Origin: Carpediemonas membranifera BICM
Lineage: Eukaryota > Protista > Fornicata
DNA: 64,000 nt
NCBI GenBank assembly: GCA_019828565.1
Contig: JAHDYR010000033.1
Coordinates: 91,727 to 155,726 of the forward strand
Reading direction: 5' to 3'
Made by a program: the position numbers and the translations under genes
The notes under the pieces: generated by a model
Seen by the model: only the letters and a program-made list of their open reading frames with translations
What the model was told of the DNA's origin: nothing
Databases searched by the model: none
Shown here: one piece after another, positions 1 to 12,055 of the stretch
How positions within the stretch are numbered: position 1 is the first letter of the stretch
Layout of the letters: the number at the start of each line of letters is the position of its first letter

Positions 1-1
1 T

Positions 2-1210
2 TATCTCGTCCAGGACGGCATCCGGATCCTGGACTACCTCATTGTAGCCCTATTCTTCTTTGAAATCGGGTTGAAGTGGTGCGACTCGTTTTCGGCATAC
101 TGGAAGGACGGCTGGAACGTCTTCGACTTCCTGGTGACCGTCATCGCCCTCCCCGACATCCTTCTCTACTTCAGTACCCTGCAGTTCGCCGACTCGTCCT
201 ACGTCATGCAGGTCATCGGCGTCATCAGGCTGGTGCGGACCATCCGGCCGCTTCGTATGGTCGGCCGGTTCTCGTTCTTGCGAATCATCATGCAGACAAT
301 CATCCGGGCCACGGTCAACCTGCTATTTATCGTTGTTCTGCTATTTATCCTTATGTATATCATGGCTATTTTCGGTATCAACCTCTTCTCTGATTACACC
401 AACAGCAACCGGTCAGATCTGATCTACCAGTATCAGTTTGAATCTTTATACGAGGCCGTTGTCACAATGTTCCAGATCATGACATTTGACCACTGGTTGG
501 CCCTATACATGGATATCAAGAAGGTGGTCCCCACATATGTGGTCATCCCTTACTTCATGCTCTGGATTTGGGTCGGCGCGCTAATATTCCGTAACATCTT
601 TGTCGGCATCATGGTCAACCACTTTCAGAACATCAAGCGCGAGCTCCAGGTCCAGGCAGACATTGTCAAGAAGGCACGGCGGATCCAGAAGCTTCAGCGG
701 CAGCTCAAGCGACGGAAGATGGCCAAGGACAAGGAGCGGCACGAGGGGCAGCAGGACGGGCCGGCCAACGACCAGGCCATTGCCCCAGAGCGTGCCGACG
801 GGGCGAGCTCGGCCACGGGCCATGAGAGCGACACGGCCGTGTCATCTCTGGGCAACCGGGCCATGTCCAACCTGTCCGACGAGACGCTCTCCGTCGCCAA
901 CTCGGGCCACAGTCGCCGCATATCGGACCTGTCGTCGGCTGTGGGGTCAGACGCCAGCAAGGCCCGGGTCGAGGTGATTCAGAGCGACCCGACCGCCGAG
1001 GTCACGGGCGCCGAGCTCCGACAGCAGCTTGACAACCTTGGGGCCCGCCGGCCTGACACGACATGGCCGCGGGACACGCTGTTCCGGTACCTGCGGGCGA
1101 TGGATAACCTCATGGAGAACCAGCGGGAGTTCCAGGAGCTTGAGCTGCTGTGCGCCATGGCACTACACCAGCTGCATGACACGGCGACGTTTGCGAGAGG
1201 TGGTATTTGA
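2..1210 (+). CDS. CATSPER2: CatSper2-like cation channel alpha subunit, 5'-partial (frame open from position 2)
   Basis: WKDGWNVFDF (S2-S3), S4 RLVRTIRPLRMVGRF, pore motif TFDHW, S6 plus coiled coil, C-terminal WPRDTLFRY...NLME..EFQEL as recalled for CatSper2. Confidence 0.75.
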   Translation, partial: YLVQDGIRILDYLIVALFFFEIGLKWCDSFSAYWKDGWNVFDFLVTVIALPDILLYFSTLQFADSSYVMQVIGVIRLVRTIRPLRMVGRFSFLRIIMQTIIRATVNLLFIVVLLFILMYIMAIFGINLFSDYTNSNRSDLIYQYQFESLYEAVVTMFQIMTFDHWLALYMDIKKVVPTYVVIPYFMLWIWVGALIFRNIFVGIMVNHFQNIKRELQVQADIVKKARRIQKLQRQLKRRKMAKDKERHEGQQDGPANDQAIAPERADGASSATGHESDTAVSSLGNRAMSNLSDETLSVANSGHSRRISDLSSAVGSDASKARVEVIQSDPTAEVTGAELRQQLDNLGARRPDTTWPRDTLFRYLRAMDNLMENQREFQELELLCAMALHQLHDTATFARGGI

Positions 1211-1619
1211 ACGACTGGCTGCTTGACGGTGGCTATATCTGACAATTTATAAAGGAGCGTGCTGCTTTGTTGAGGGGTCCGACAACTGATCATGACGACA
1301 TTCCAGTTTTTGCCGTAGGAACCGTTCTACATGACCAGCCAAGATGATTACTGCTGCGGCAACCCCAAGCGGAGCCTGAAAGAAAGAAGAAATAACTTTA
1401 CTGTGCTTGGTATCTGACCCCGGTTACTTTGGGCTGCTTTCCCATTCCAAGCGGAGCCTGGGTTTGGCTCTCACTGCTCCGCAGTTTAGTGTAGCGAGAG
1501 TATACCCGTTTGCCTCATTTCGAAAAGGATTCCGTGTAAACATGAAGAGTAACCATGGAGAAGACACTCAGTCTATTTCGAAGCTACTTGAAGAAATAGA
1601 GCGGCTCCGAACAAAGAAC

Positions 1620-2925
1620 ACTGACCGGGGGGGCTGCAGGCGTACCGTGCAGTGGGTCCCCATCTACCGTCCGATGCTGTCCGTGGGTGCGCCCCTCCCA
1701 AGTTGTGTCAGTCCCTGGGGTGGCTATGTGTCCCTTGGGCTCACAGGGTTTCTCTACCGGGTACCATTTCTTAGGTCATAACTCCACTTTCTTTTTGTCA
1801 GAATGGTCTGGTCGCAACCTTGGCTGAGCCAGCGATGTCCCAGGGGTATTCTCCATTTCCGTCCGTGCTTCCCCTCCAGTGTAGTGCACCTACCTGTACT
1901 GTAAGTTTCCTTGCCTACTGGGTAGGGTCCTCCGTGGTGTCCCCCGCAAGTAGGGTGTCTTGTCCATGTGTCCGATCTAGTCCAGTCCTATCTGTTCGCC
2001 TACTTTCCCCAGTCCTTTCATGCCTTCCTCCAGTCCCTTCCAGATTTCATCCTTGTTCCAGGCCATCATGATGTGGAGCTCCAGGATGGGTCTGTCCTTA
2101 TACCATCCGAACCCGGCCCTCCGTCTAAGCCTGCTCCCACTTGTTTCCCTCCTGGCTCTTTCTAGGAGAGCTGGCCATCTCGGGCCTCTGTCCACTGCTG
2201 GGCATTCACATATGATATGCGATGCCGATCCCAGTCTGCTGTCCTCTGTCCACTTCCTGATCTTGTCCTCTCTCGCCTGTCCGGTGATATGGTTGTCCAG
2301 GATGTCCTGGAGAACTTCTACTTCCGAGTTCAGTGTACAGAGCGGGCACAGTTTTCCTTATGCTCACCTTGAGCTCCTCGTCCACTGCTAGGTCCGCTAT
2401 GCTCCTGTATACTCCCTCCTTGTTTGACGATGGCGACGGGCTGACGTTGCTGACCATTACCACCTTCCTCGTCCACTCCCCCCTCGTCTCTCCTTTTGTG
2501 ATATTCCGTTTGGTTTGGGGTTTCCCCATGAGGACCTTTCCTGCATTCCTTGCTCCGAGCCTTTCTATGAGGCTCTCTGCTGTCCGACTTTTGACTCTTT
2601 TTGCCAGTTTGATCCATGCGTTCCTCTTGGCTAGGTCCAGTTTGGCTCCTAGAGTCCCCGGTGTCCCGTATTTGACTAGTCTCCTTGACTGTCTCGCGAG
2701 GTTCCCCAGTACTGTATCTCCGTCCCAGTTAATCCGTCTCGGACTTATTGGCATGTCGATGTCCTCTTCACTTGCCTCAGGAAAATCCTGGCTGCGAGTA
2801 GTCCCATCTCTCCCTCAAAGTCCATCCATCCGTTTAGGGCTCTTGCCGCTGAGCCTCCTCCTGGGCCCGCTCCTGAGAGAATGCCCATCCAATCTGTCCA
2901 TATTTTCCTGCCCCCCGGGACTTGG
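1620..2925 (-). mobile_element. LINE-A 3' portion (ORF2 C-terminus with CCHC knuckle); 3' boundary approximate
   Basis: Minus strand encodes CPLC...HIICECP (~2200-2350). Removing E1 and one TTGG joins GIIVWGQ to VPGGRKIW in frame with the RT at 12108+. Confidence 0.75.
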
Positions 2926-2978
2926 TGTGGCGTAAACGACGGGTATTCGAGAATTCGTTTTAATCAGGTGATGCGTCA
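2926..2978 (-). repeat. E1 3' LTR (53 bp), contains the pol stop codon
   Basis: Identical to 12055-12107; ORF 2960..3451 ends inside it. Confidence 0.95.
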
Positions 2979-4991
2979 CTGCCCTCCCTGAGCAGCTCGG
3001 GGTGAGCGGCTAAGAACTTCTTGGCGGCGGGAGTGTGGCGGACGGCGTCGATGGGCTCCCAGGACAGCTCGGAGCTACCGAGCCACTTGACGCGCAGGAA
3101 GCCGGGCTTGGACTTGACGATCCGTTCAACGTACCATTCCTCTTGGTCTGTAGCGGCGAAGTAGGCGAGCTCGCCCTCAGAGAGGTCGGACTTGAGCGGA
3201 ATGAGGTGGGACAGGTGGACTGTGCGTCGCGGTTCGTTGGCGAGGAGCGGTACGACGACTGCCGTGAACGGGTTGACCTCAATGACCTTGAACGGTCCGG
3301 TGTGGCCGTGGAGCTTGCTTTCAGCGTGGTTCTTGCGCAAGACGTAATCACCGGGCTTGACTGGAACCGACTGCGTCTCTGCCCTCCCCTCACGAGTCTT
3401 GGACTGGCGTTTGTGAGCCTTGCGGCAGAGCTTGGCCAGGAGCGCGTCCATGACGGTGAGGTATTCGGCGACAGAGGTAAGCGGGGTCTCGTCCTCGGCG
3501 TTGTTGTCTGGCTGGGGTATCTGCCGGTCGGCAGCGTGTGCCGTAGAGTAGCTCGAACGGGGTGAACCCCGTCGCGCTGTGAACCGTGCTGTTGATTATC
3601 CACGCGACATATGGCAGTAGGGTCGTGGACCATGCGTCGAAGGAGTTAAATGCCAGCGCTAGGGTACGTAGGTGGCGCTTGATTTCGCGATTGACGCGTT
3701 CGACGTGACCGTTCGACTGCGGATGGAAAGGCGTGGTCCGGTGGTGTGTGACCGATAAGCGCTCGGTTAGAGCGGTGATGATACGGTTGGCGTATTCCGG
3801 GCCTCCGTCTGTGTGCAGGATGGCCGGGATGCCGTGGCGGCAGATAGACGCCCAGATAGCGGCGGCAGCCGCGTCTGCATTGTTCGAGGGGGCTGGCACG
3901 AGCTCAGTAAAGTGCGTGAATGTGTCAGTAATCACGACGACATACCGGTTGCCGGCCGAGTCCTCTGAGATGGGGCCGAGCGTGTCGACGGCTACGCGTT
4001 CGAATGGTGTGCTGCTCGGGGTCGCGCCCATCTTCAGCTTGATGAAGTTCGCCAGACGGGTCTTCTGACAGATCAAACAGGCGTTGATCAGGTCGGATAC
4101 GGTGTGTTCGAGCTGTGGCCAGCCGTAACCCAAGTCACGCACGGCCTGAGTGGTCTTCTTGACGCCCAAGTGCAGCCGGTGGGCCTCGGCTAGGACGTCG
4201 CGACGCGCGTCGGCGGGTACGAATGTGCGACCGTGATACTTGACGACACCGTTGACGATGGTGTGCTTGGAGGGTCTCTCGTCAGCGTGCTCCTTCTGAG
4301 AGGCGAGCACTCTCGACTCTAGCGTGTTAGCCGTGACCTCGGCGATCTCTGCGGGGCGGGTCTGGAAAGGGAAACGGCTTAAGAAGTCGGCCGTGACGTT
4401 GGACTCGCCCGGGACGTGGTGGATCTTGAGTCTGAACTCCAAGAACGACAGTAGCCATCGGCGATGCTTCCGATTGTGAGCGGCCATGCGGTGGAGTGCC
4501 ATCAGATTCTTATGGTCGGTGAACACGGTCAGATCGGGGTGGCCCAGGAAGAGAGAGTACATGTCAGGACGTGTCAGACAGTATATCAGAGCATACATCT
4601 CCTGGTCGTAGGTGCTCCATCTTTGTTGAACGTCCGAGAACGCCTTGGAGAAGTAGGCGACGACTCTCCAGTCTGTGGGCGTTTGCTGTTGTAGCAGTAT
4701 GCCGCCTAGGCCGAGGAGACTAGCGTCCGTCTCGAGGCGCCAGGGTTTGGAGAGGTCTGGTATGGCGAGTGACTCCTCAGAGGCGAGCTGTGTCAGAACA
4801 GCCGCGATAGCCTCTTGGTGTGCTGAAGTCCACACGACCTTGGCGTCCTTGCGGAGGAGGCCATTGATGGGCGCTAGGATGCGCTGGCAGTCAGGGATAA
4901 AATCTGCCACGTAGTTGATGTGGCCGAGGATCTGACGTACCTCGTGCGTGGTCGTCGGGCGTGGGAGGCTCTTGATCGTGTCAATGCGTGA
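2960..4991 (-). CDS. pol: E1 pol 3' part: RT thumb, RNase H, integrase, chromodomain (one frameshift near 3400-3450)
   Basis: ETDAS, TDHKNL, HHCC, VDTLGP/TDGG/NGHVER, GPF, EEWYVERIV..VKWLG..SWEP. Confidence 0.9.
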
Positions 4992-4995
4992 GGGC

Positions 4996-5120
4996 TGTGG
5001 CAGTGTGCCAATCAAATAAAATATTTGATTGGCGATTCGATCCGCCATTCCGGTCGACACTGTTGTGTCGACTTCTCTTTGACTAAAGCACCAAGTTGTT
5101 TTTCCGTCCTCTCGAGCACA
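4996..5120 (+). repeat. E2 5' LTR (125 bp)
   Basis: TGTGGC...GCACA, identical to 9119-9243. Confidence 0.95.
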
Positions 5121-5131
5121 GTATTAATACT
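5120..5131 (+). promoter_or_regulatory. Palindrome at PBS position of E2: AGTATTAATACT
   Basis: Perfect 12-bp palindrome beginning at the LTR terminal A; no TGG tRNA-type PBS. Confidence 0.85.
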
Positions 5132-5138
5132 CTCCATC

Positions 5139-8100
5139 ATGGTGTTGCCTACTCCCATAGAGCAGCCCAGTATCCCCTTGGCCGGTCTTTCCGCCGACTC
5201 CTGGCGGGCCGCCAAGCGCTCATTCAGAAAGTTCCAGGTATACTACCCCGAGGCCAAGATCTCCCTGTTTTTAGACGACGACCTCTACAACGCCCTCGAG
5301 CTCCAGTTCGATGCCGATCTGGACACGCTCACTGACGAAGAGGTGGGTCACCTCATCGAGCGTCTGATCGCTCCAAGAGACCTACTCTCACTCAAGGAAC
5401 GTCTCGATAAGATTGTCTGTGCCGTGGACGCAACGCACAAGAAGTCTAGAATCGTTCTAGTCCGAGACTATATCCACCGCTTCAACGAGGTTTTTAACCT
5501 GCACACCGTACTACAACGTGATGACGACAACGACTCCGACTCCGAATCCGACAGCAGCTCCGACAGCGACTACGAAGAAGCAGCCATCGTCCCTGTAAGG
5601 CACGTCGACGGTGATGCCCCTGATGACGACGATCCCGATCCTCAATCCCCCTCAGGCTTTCTGAAAGACTGTATGAGGATCTTCACCGACAACCTACGTC
5701 CGAAGCCCTTCAAGGAGGTCATGAAGTTCAAGAAGGCTGAACGCAAGCCCACCGCCATGGATGATCTCCAGCGCCTTGCCCTCCGCGTTGCCAAACGCGA
5801 CGACAACGCCCGCGAGGAGGCTCTCCGCTACGGCTACTACGCCCAGAGCTCCACTCCAGCCAACAATAACGGCAACACCGGGCCCTCGGGCGACAACACC
5901 CGGCAGCCGGCACGCCCCTGTCGCCACTGTCAGGGCAACCACTTTGACCGAGATTGCCCCTCTCGTCAGTCACGTGGTCCCCAGACACAGGTCAACTTCG
6001 CGAAAAGCCGCGGAGCCGACGCCCTTAAGGTGCCCGCCTCATGCGGCACGTCCCACTTCCAAGCCATCATTGACACGGGCGCAGCAATCTCATGCACGAG
6101 TGATCGTTACGCAAAGATATGGCAGCTCCCCCGCACCAGCATCGACCACTCTACGCCAGCGGCTGACGACGTCGTCCTCCCAGTGTTCTCGGTGTCCGGA
6201 TCAAGGCTACAGTCAGCCCTTGCAGACTACCGCTCGGGCTGGCAGTCAGTCCAAATACCCTCGGACGAGCTCCGCTCTCGCGTCGTGCCACTTCTGCGAG
6301 AGTTCTCAGACATCTTCGAGCCGCTCGGTCCTGAACCGGCCAACGTTCCCCCCATGGTCTTGCACGTCAAGGACGATACCCTCGTGCAGATTAAGCCGCG
6401 CCGCCTCTCGCCTGATAACAGGAAGAAGACGAAGGAGATCGTAGCGGAGCTCGCCCAGAATGGCATCGTCACTCCCTCCAAAGGCCCTTTCGCCTCACCT
6501 ATCGTCCTCGTCAAGCAGAAAGACAAGACACGCATGTGCGTCGACTACTCGGAGCTGAACAAGCACCTCGTGGAGGATCACTTCCCGCTACCTAACATCA
6601 GAGAGTTTCTGATGTCCATGCGCGGCGCGAAGTGGTTCGCTGCTCTTGACCTCGTCAAGGGATATCACCAGCTTCCCCTCCACGAAGATTCACAAGCCCT
6701 CTCCGCCTTTGTCACGCCAGACGACTACCTACAGTACACCCGCGTCCCGTTCGGCCTTGCCTCGGCGCCCTCGTACTTCCAGCGTACCATCCAGGCTGTC
6801 ATAGCACCCGCCATTGCCACCGGCCGCTGCAAGGCGTACCTCGACGACATCCTCGAGGCCGCCCACTCAGATGACACGTTCATCGACGACCTGCGCACCA
6901 TATTCATGGCCTTGCGGGAGCATAACCTCAAGCTCTCGCCCGCAAAATGCGTCATCGGCGCCTCCGAGGTCAGATCGGTCGGCTTTATCGTCGACCGAAA
7001 TGGCATACATGTCGACCCCGACCGCATCCAGGCCATCGTCAGCCTCAGGCCCCCCGGGACCAGTCTGAGTTGAAGTCAATCCTCGGAAAGATCAACTACA
7101 TCGCACAGTTCCTGCCTGACGCCACCAAGTCACTCGCCACACTCAACCGGTCACTCAGAGCCGGCGAGTTCGTCTTCGGCGAGGAACAACTGACTGCTTT
7201 TGACGACATCAAGTCCCAGTTGGCGCTTCACATCAGCCTAACATACCCAGACCTCGATAGACCCTGGCACATTTACACCGACGCTTCATCACTTGGCGAA
7301 GGAGGCGTGCTAATACAAGATGAGGAGGACGGTACTCGCTCAATTCTGGCCTGTTTCCAGAAGACCTACGACAAGACCATGTCGAATTGGTCAACATACG
7401 AACAAGAGTTGCATGCCGTGATCTCTGTCCTCACCAACAAGGTCTTCGAACCCCTCTTCCAGATCAAGTCTGACCTACATGTCCACACCGACCATAGCAA
7501 CCTCGTCCAACTCAGACGGAAGGCCCCGACTGTCAAAAAGCTTCTCCGCTGGGCCCTACGACTATCCGAGTTTCGCTTCACCATTCAGCACGTCCGTGGC
7601 GTCGACAACGTCATTGCAGACGTCCTCTCCCGGATCCTCCCCGACGCGCCTGTAGTCAACGCTGTCGTCCAAGAGCCTCACTTCGACAAGTTCTCCGCCG
7701 TCCACAATGACGCGGTCGGACACTTCGGCGTCGACGAGTGCATTCGCCGTGTCAAAGCCGCCAAGACCACGTGGCCTGGCATGTACAAAGACATCAGACG
7801 CTGGATCAAGGCCTGCCCCCACTGCCAGCTGCATGCCCCTGCCAGAGAGTGCCCCATCGCGTATCACCCATCCTCCTCGGACGCTCCTTTCCACAGAGTT
7901 CAGGTCGACACTCTTGGGCCCCTACCCACCACGCCGTCGGGAAACTCCTACATCATCTCGATCGTGGACACCTTCTCCAGGTACATCAGACTGTTCCCAG
8001 CCACGTCCACTGACGCCCTCGCGGCCGCTCGCGCACTTTATGCTTACTGCGGTGCCTACGGCGTACCTCGCGAGATCCAGTCCGACAACGGCTCGCAGTT

Positions 8101-8890
8101 CACAGCGAAGCTAATAGATGAGCTTACATGCGCACTCTCGTTGAATCACCGCTTTTCCGCCCCTTACAGCCCACAGTCCAACGGCATTGTGGAAAGGTAC
8201 AACTTCGAGATCGAAAAGATCATCAAGCCCGCTACGATGCAACCCTGGGACGAACATCTGCCCTCTGTCGAGCTTATCCTCAATTCCAAGCAGGTTTCGT
8301 CCACCAAGGCCTCTCCTCTGGACATCCTCTTCCCATTCACCGAAGGGAAGGCCGATCCTTCGCGCCTAAAGGCCGCCCGCGAAGCCCTCGCTCGCTACGC
8401 CGCCAAGAAGGCTGCAATTCCCACCAATGTGCCCCCCACGCACGAGCCCGGCTCTCTCGTACTCCTCCTTCGCCCGAAGTCCGCCAAGATCGAGGCAAAC
8501 TGGCGCGGTCCGTTCAGATATCTGCGCCGCGGTGACCACACGTCGTCGTCGATCATCCAACACATCACGACCGATAAGACCATGGAAGTTTCCGACCGCC
8601 GCATCAAGGCCTGGACTGGCTCCACGGACCTCGACGAGCTCAAGACCCTAGTCGCCGAGCAAGAGGGGGAGTACGCCGTAGACCACATCGTCTCGGCCCG
8701 TCGTCCAGCCAGATCGAAGACCATATACCTCCTAGTCCACTGGGCCGGGTGCGAGTCAGCAGAGGATTCGGAGGTCACGCTCAACGCTGAGACAGCCCAG
8801 ATGGCCGCTCTCGACGACTTTCTCAACGTCAGCCCTTCATGGAGACAGCCAGTCGAGGCCGCCTGCCGCCGCAATGGCTGGCAACTCTAA
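5139..8890 (+). CDS. gag-pol: E2 gag-pol polyprotein (frameshift near 7050-7070)
   Basis: CRHCQGNHFDRDC knuckle, IIDTGA, YLDD, YTDAS, integrase DDE, GEYAVDHIV..HWAG chromodomain. Confidence 0.92.
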
Positions 8891-9118
8891 GCTACTGTCA
8901 AGGCAGGACATTGGTTCAGCGTCCTGCCCAAACAAATAAACGATCCGTGCTAGTACAAGTTGTCTCTACTCTCCCACCCGTCAGAGCCTTGAGGGAAGGT
9001 GTGCCCGGCCAAGATGTCCGCCCGTGTCCTGCTGCAGGACCCGCTGTGCGCCTGTCGCCAGGCGGAAATGAGCTTTGACCGCTCTTGAAGGTCTCGGGCT
9101 CCGCCTCTGGGGAGGTAG

Positions 9119-9243
9119 TGTGGCAGTGTGCCAATCAAATAAAATATTTGATTGGCGATTCGATCCGCCATTCCGGTCGACACTGTTGTGTCGACTTCTC
9201 TTTGACTAAAGCACCAAGTTGTTTTTCCGTCCTCTCGAGCACA
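9119..9243 (+). repeat. E2 3' LTR
   Basis: Identical to 4996-5120. Confidence 0.95.
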
Positions 9244-9247
9244 GGGC

Positions 9248-12037
9248 TGAGGGCGACGACCGTGTTCGGAGACGATCTCGCCGAGACAGTCGAGAGTCTG
9301 GTAGCCAAAATGACACTTCTCGGCGCGCAGCCTGATGTTCTTGTCACTGAGTAGAGCGAGCGTGCGCTGGGTGCGCATGACGAGTACCTCGGGCGATGGC
9401 GCGCCAGCAAAGATGTCGTCTATGTAGTTCCTGACGCCATCTGAGTATACCGGGCGCAGGACGTTGGCGATGGCCCGCTGGAATTGTGCGGGGAGGTTCT
9501 TTAGGCCAAACGGGGCGACCATATATTCGAAAAACTCGCCCGGGACCCGCACCGCGGACAGGTAACGGTGGGCATCCTTCAATGGCATCTGGTGAAACCC
9601 TTGGCGAAGGTCTAGACCGAAGAAGTACTTGCTGCCGACGAGGTCCTGGATGAGCGTGCGGGTATCTGTCATGGGGAAAGCGTCAGTCACAGTTGCCTCG
9701 TTGAGGGCCCTGTAGTCTGCGCAAAGTCGTAGTGGGCGGCGTCCGTCCGCGTCGGGCTTCTTCTGGACAATCACAGCCGGGCTAGAGACTGGGCCGTGTG
9801 CGTCGCGGATGAGCTGGGCTTCGTACATTTCATGGAGCTGTCGCTTGATCTCGGGAAGCCAGTCGGCGCGGATGCCGCGTGGGTTGGCTTGTGGCAGAAT
9901 GGCGTCCGGCTTCAGGTCAATGGTGGCTTCCGCGATGTCGGCGCCGCCGAGAGGCAGCTTGGGGTCGAAGACGTCGGCGTTGGCCTGGAGCACAGCGAGT
10001 AGCTCGTCGTGTAGAGGGAACGAGGGGTCAATGTCGAAGGTTGGCGTGGCGAAGGACGAGACGTCGTCCGGCAGGTCGTCAGTCTCCGAGTCAACCTCGT
10101 CGATGTATTGATTCTGGGCCGGTGTGACATCGTCGGCGGGGTCCTCCGCTGACGGTGGTAGCTGAATGTTGATGCCCGTGTCCGACATGAGGCCTAGGTG
10201 CCGGAGGAGGTCTGCCCCGAACAGGAACTTGTGGGCCTCCCCGGAGATGACTGGTACGGTCCACGTCAGCTCGACAGCGTTTGGTACGATGCCGTCGATA
10301 ACGAGCTCGGCTATGACGGCGGTGGTGTCCTCGCAAGGTCGCTGGTCGGCCATCTTCAGCGTGTAAGCATGATTTGTGATCATTACCGGGCCGGCCTCCT
10401 TCAGCGTGGCGAACGTGGCCTCCGAGATACAGGTCTTGGCGGCTGCCGGGTCGAGCTTCGCCCGCAGTCTCGTGCCGTTGACGAGGATGTCGTGGTAGAT
10501 CGGCTTACCGATGTTTTCGCGCTGCGCTGACGTGTCGACTTCGTCGATTGACTCATCGGTGTCGGACTCGGCGTCTATGTCGACCTCGTTGATGGATTGA
10601 CTGAGGCGCTCGAGCCGGTTCGTCTCCTTGTTTCGCGTCCAGCCTGCCGCTGGGTTAGGGGCTCTCGCGTTGCGTTTGGGCGCTTGGGTGGTCGTTGTTG
10701 CAGGTCGGTCAGGGTTGTTGTGGTGGCCAGGGGCCTTCTTGGGCTTGGCACCCACAACAGCTGGTTGAATAGGACGCGATGGTTGGGGGCGGCACTGCGC
10801 TGTGTCTTCAGATGAGGGCACGCCTGAGTGACGTGGGACGAGTTGTATCCGTGGTAGTCGCAGAAGTGGCGGAAGGTGGGGTTGATGTAGTAGTTCGCCT
10901 TGTCTTTCAGCTGGACATACGGGTCTGGGCCGCTGATCTTGCGGGCTATGGGTTTGCGTGTGCGGGATCCGCCTGTCGCTTGCTCACCGTGGGGTTGCGG
11001 GGGCTGGCCGGTGCGGAATGCTCTCCAAGGAACGACGATGTAACCGTCGTGGTCCTCTTTGAGGTCCCTAAGGTTATCAAGGACGTCATCGATGTCCTCT
11101 GCATCATCTATGATGTAGGAGTCGAAATAGTCCTTTGCTTCGGCGGAGAATCCCTTAAGTGCAAGCTCTCTGACTCTTGCGGCGAGAACCTTCCAAGGAA
11201 TGGCTTGCAGTGCAGGAGCAGAAGCATCAGTGTTCACGAGATCGATGAACTCGCGCAAAGCGGCAATAGTTGAGCGATGTTTGGATGCTTTGCCATAGAG
11301 TGCACCGGGAAGGTTGATGGACTTGATGCGCGCGCCGACGTCCAGGGACGGCATGAGTGTGACGGAGCAGGCGGCTACGATGTCGTCGGCCTCGTCATGG
11401 AGGTAGGCGCGAATGTCGGTGACGTCGTCCCAGTCGGACTCGTCACTGGACGTGTCGGAGTTGTTGGTGGCGGCAGCCTCGTCATCGGCCGGCTTGGGTG
11501 GGGCCAGGGCTGCGTTGACCTCGGCGACGTACTCGTCGTCGCGGAGGGGACATCTGGGTTGAACTTGTTGATGAGGGGCACATAAACCGGGGCGTTGTGG
11601 TCGATCTCGGCTACTGCAGCCGTGAATACGGCTTCTGCGCGGCGCTGTGCAGCCGCGGCCATCGGGCCTTCAGGAAAGGCCGCGGCCGCCGCTTCAGCGA
11701 GCATAAACAGGTCTTCTTCGAGAGCGGCGGTTAGACGGGCTACTGCCTGCTTGGGGGGTGGCGTGGAGGTGCTTGGGGGCGTGATGGGAAGTGAGAGCTT
11801 CATCTCGCGCCTAATGGCGCTGCGGATTACCGCATCGGGACATACATCGTCTTCTAGGTCCTCGAAGGTCTTATAATCAGAGGTGGGTCTCCAATTGGCC
11901 CGTAAGAACTCCTGCGAGCTGATGCTTAGGCATCTGAGGAACGATGTAGGAAATCTTGCATGAGGAAGTTCCCGCTTGTATTCCTTCGCGGCGGAGTTGA
12001 GCAGTGGAAGGGAACTTACGTCGAATTTCGTAGCCAT
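9248..12037 (-). CDS. gag-pol: E1 gag, protease and RT (frameshifted pieces 11375..12037, 10575..11354, 9248..10821)
   Basis: CDYHGYNSSHVTQAC knuckle, LDPAA protease site, CADYRALN, PFGL, YIDD. Confidence 0.88.
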
Positions 12038-12041
12038 AGGG

Positions 12042-12055
12042 AGTGATTAATCACT
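12042..12055 (-). promoter_or_regulatory. Palindrome at PBS position of E1: AGTGATTAATCACT
   Basis: Perfect 14-bp palindrome overlapping the last base of the 5' LTR; gag ATG lies 17 nt from the LTR. Confidence 0.85.

Larger units (their letters stand above)
4996..9243 (+). mobile_element. Ty3/Gypsy chromovirus E2, full length, 125-bp LTRs, inserted in E1 RT
   Basis: Identical LTRs 4996-5120 and 9119-9243; TSD GGGC; PPT GGGGAGGTAG; removal restores E1 frame RRPQPSRID. Confidence 0.95.

Noticed and set aside
1366-1460. 14-bp direct repeat CCAAGCGGAGCCTG (two copies)
   Set aside because: Only two copies; not a CRISPR array, and cannot be tied to a LINE TSD from this window.
2333-2935. Long antisense ORFs over LINE and Gypsy sequence (also 13120..13929, 54568..55374)
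   Set aside because: Shadows of the coding strand with no recognisable motifs.
5025-5138. Shared peptide MIGDSIRHSG / MSTGMADRIAN at ORF ends
   Set aside because: Read-through of LTR sequence, not real protein. The same applies to ORF tails at 8950, 31733, 42158-42204 and 60822.
7040-7075. Programmed ribosomal frameshifting at the many frame breaks
   Set aside because: Breaks fall inside RT, RNase H or integrase and often at homopolymers, at different places in each element, in copies with identical LTRs. Sequencing indels or mutation are more likely.
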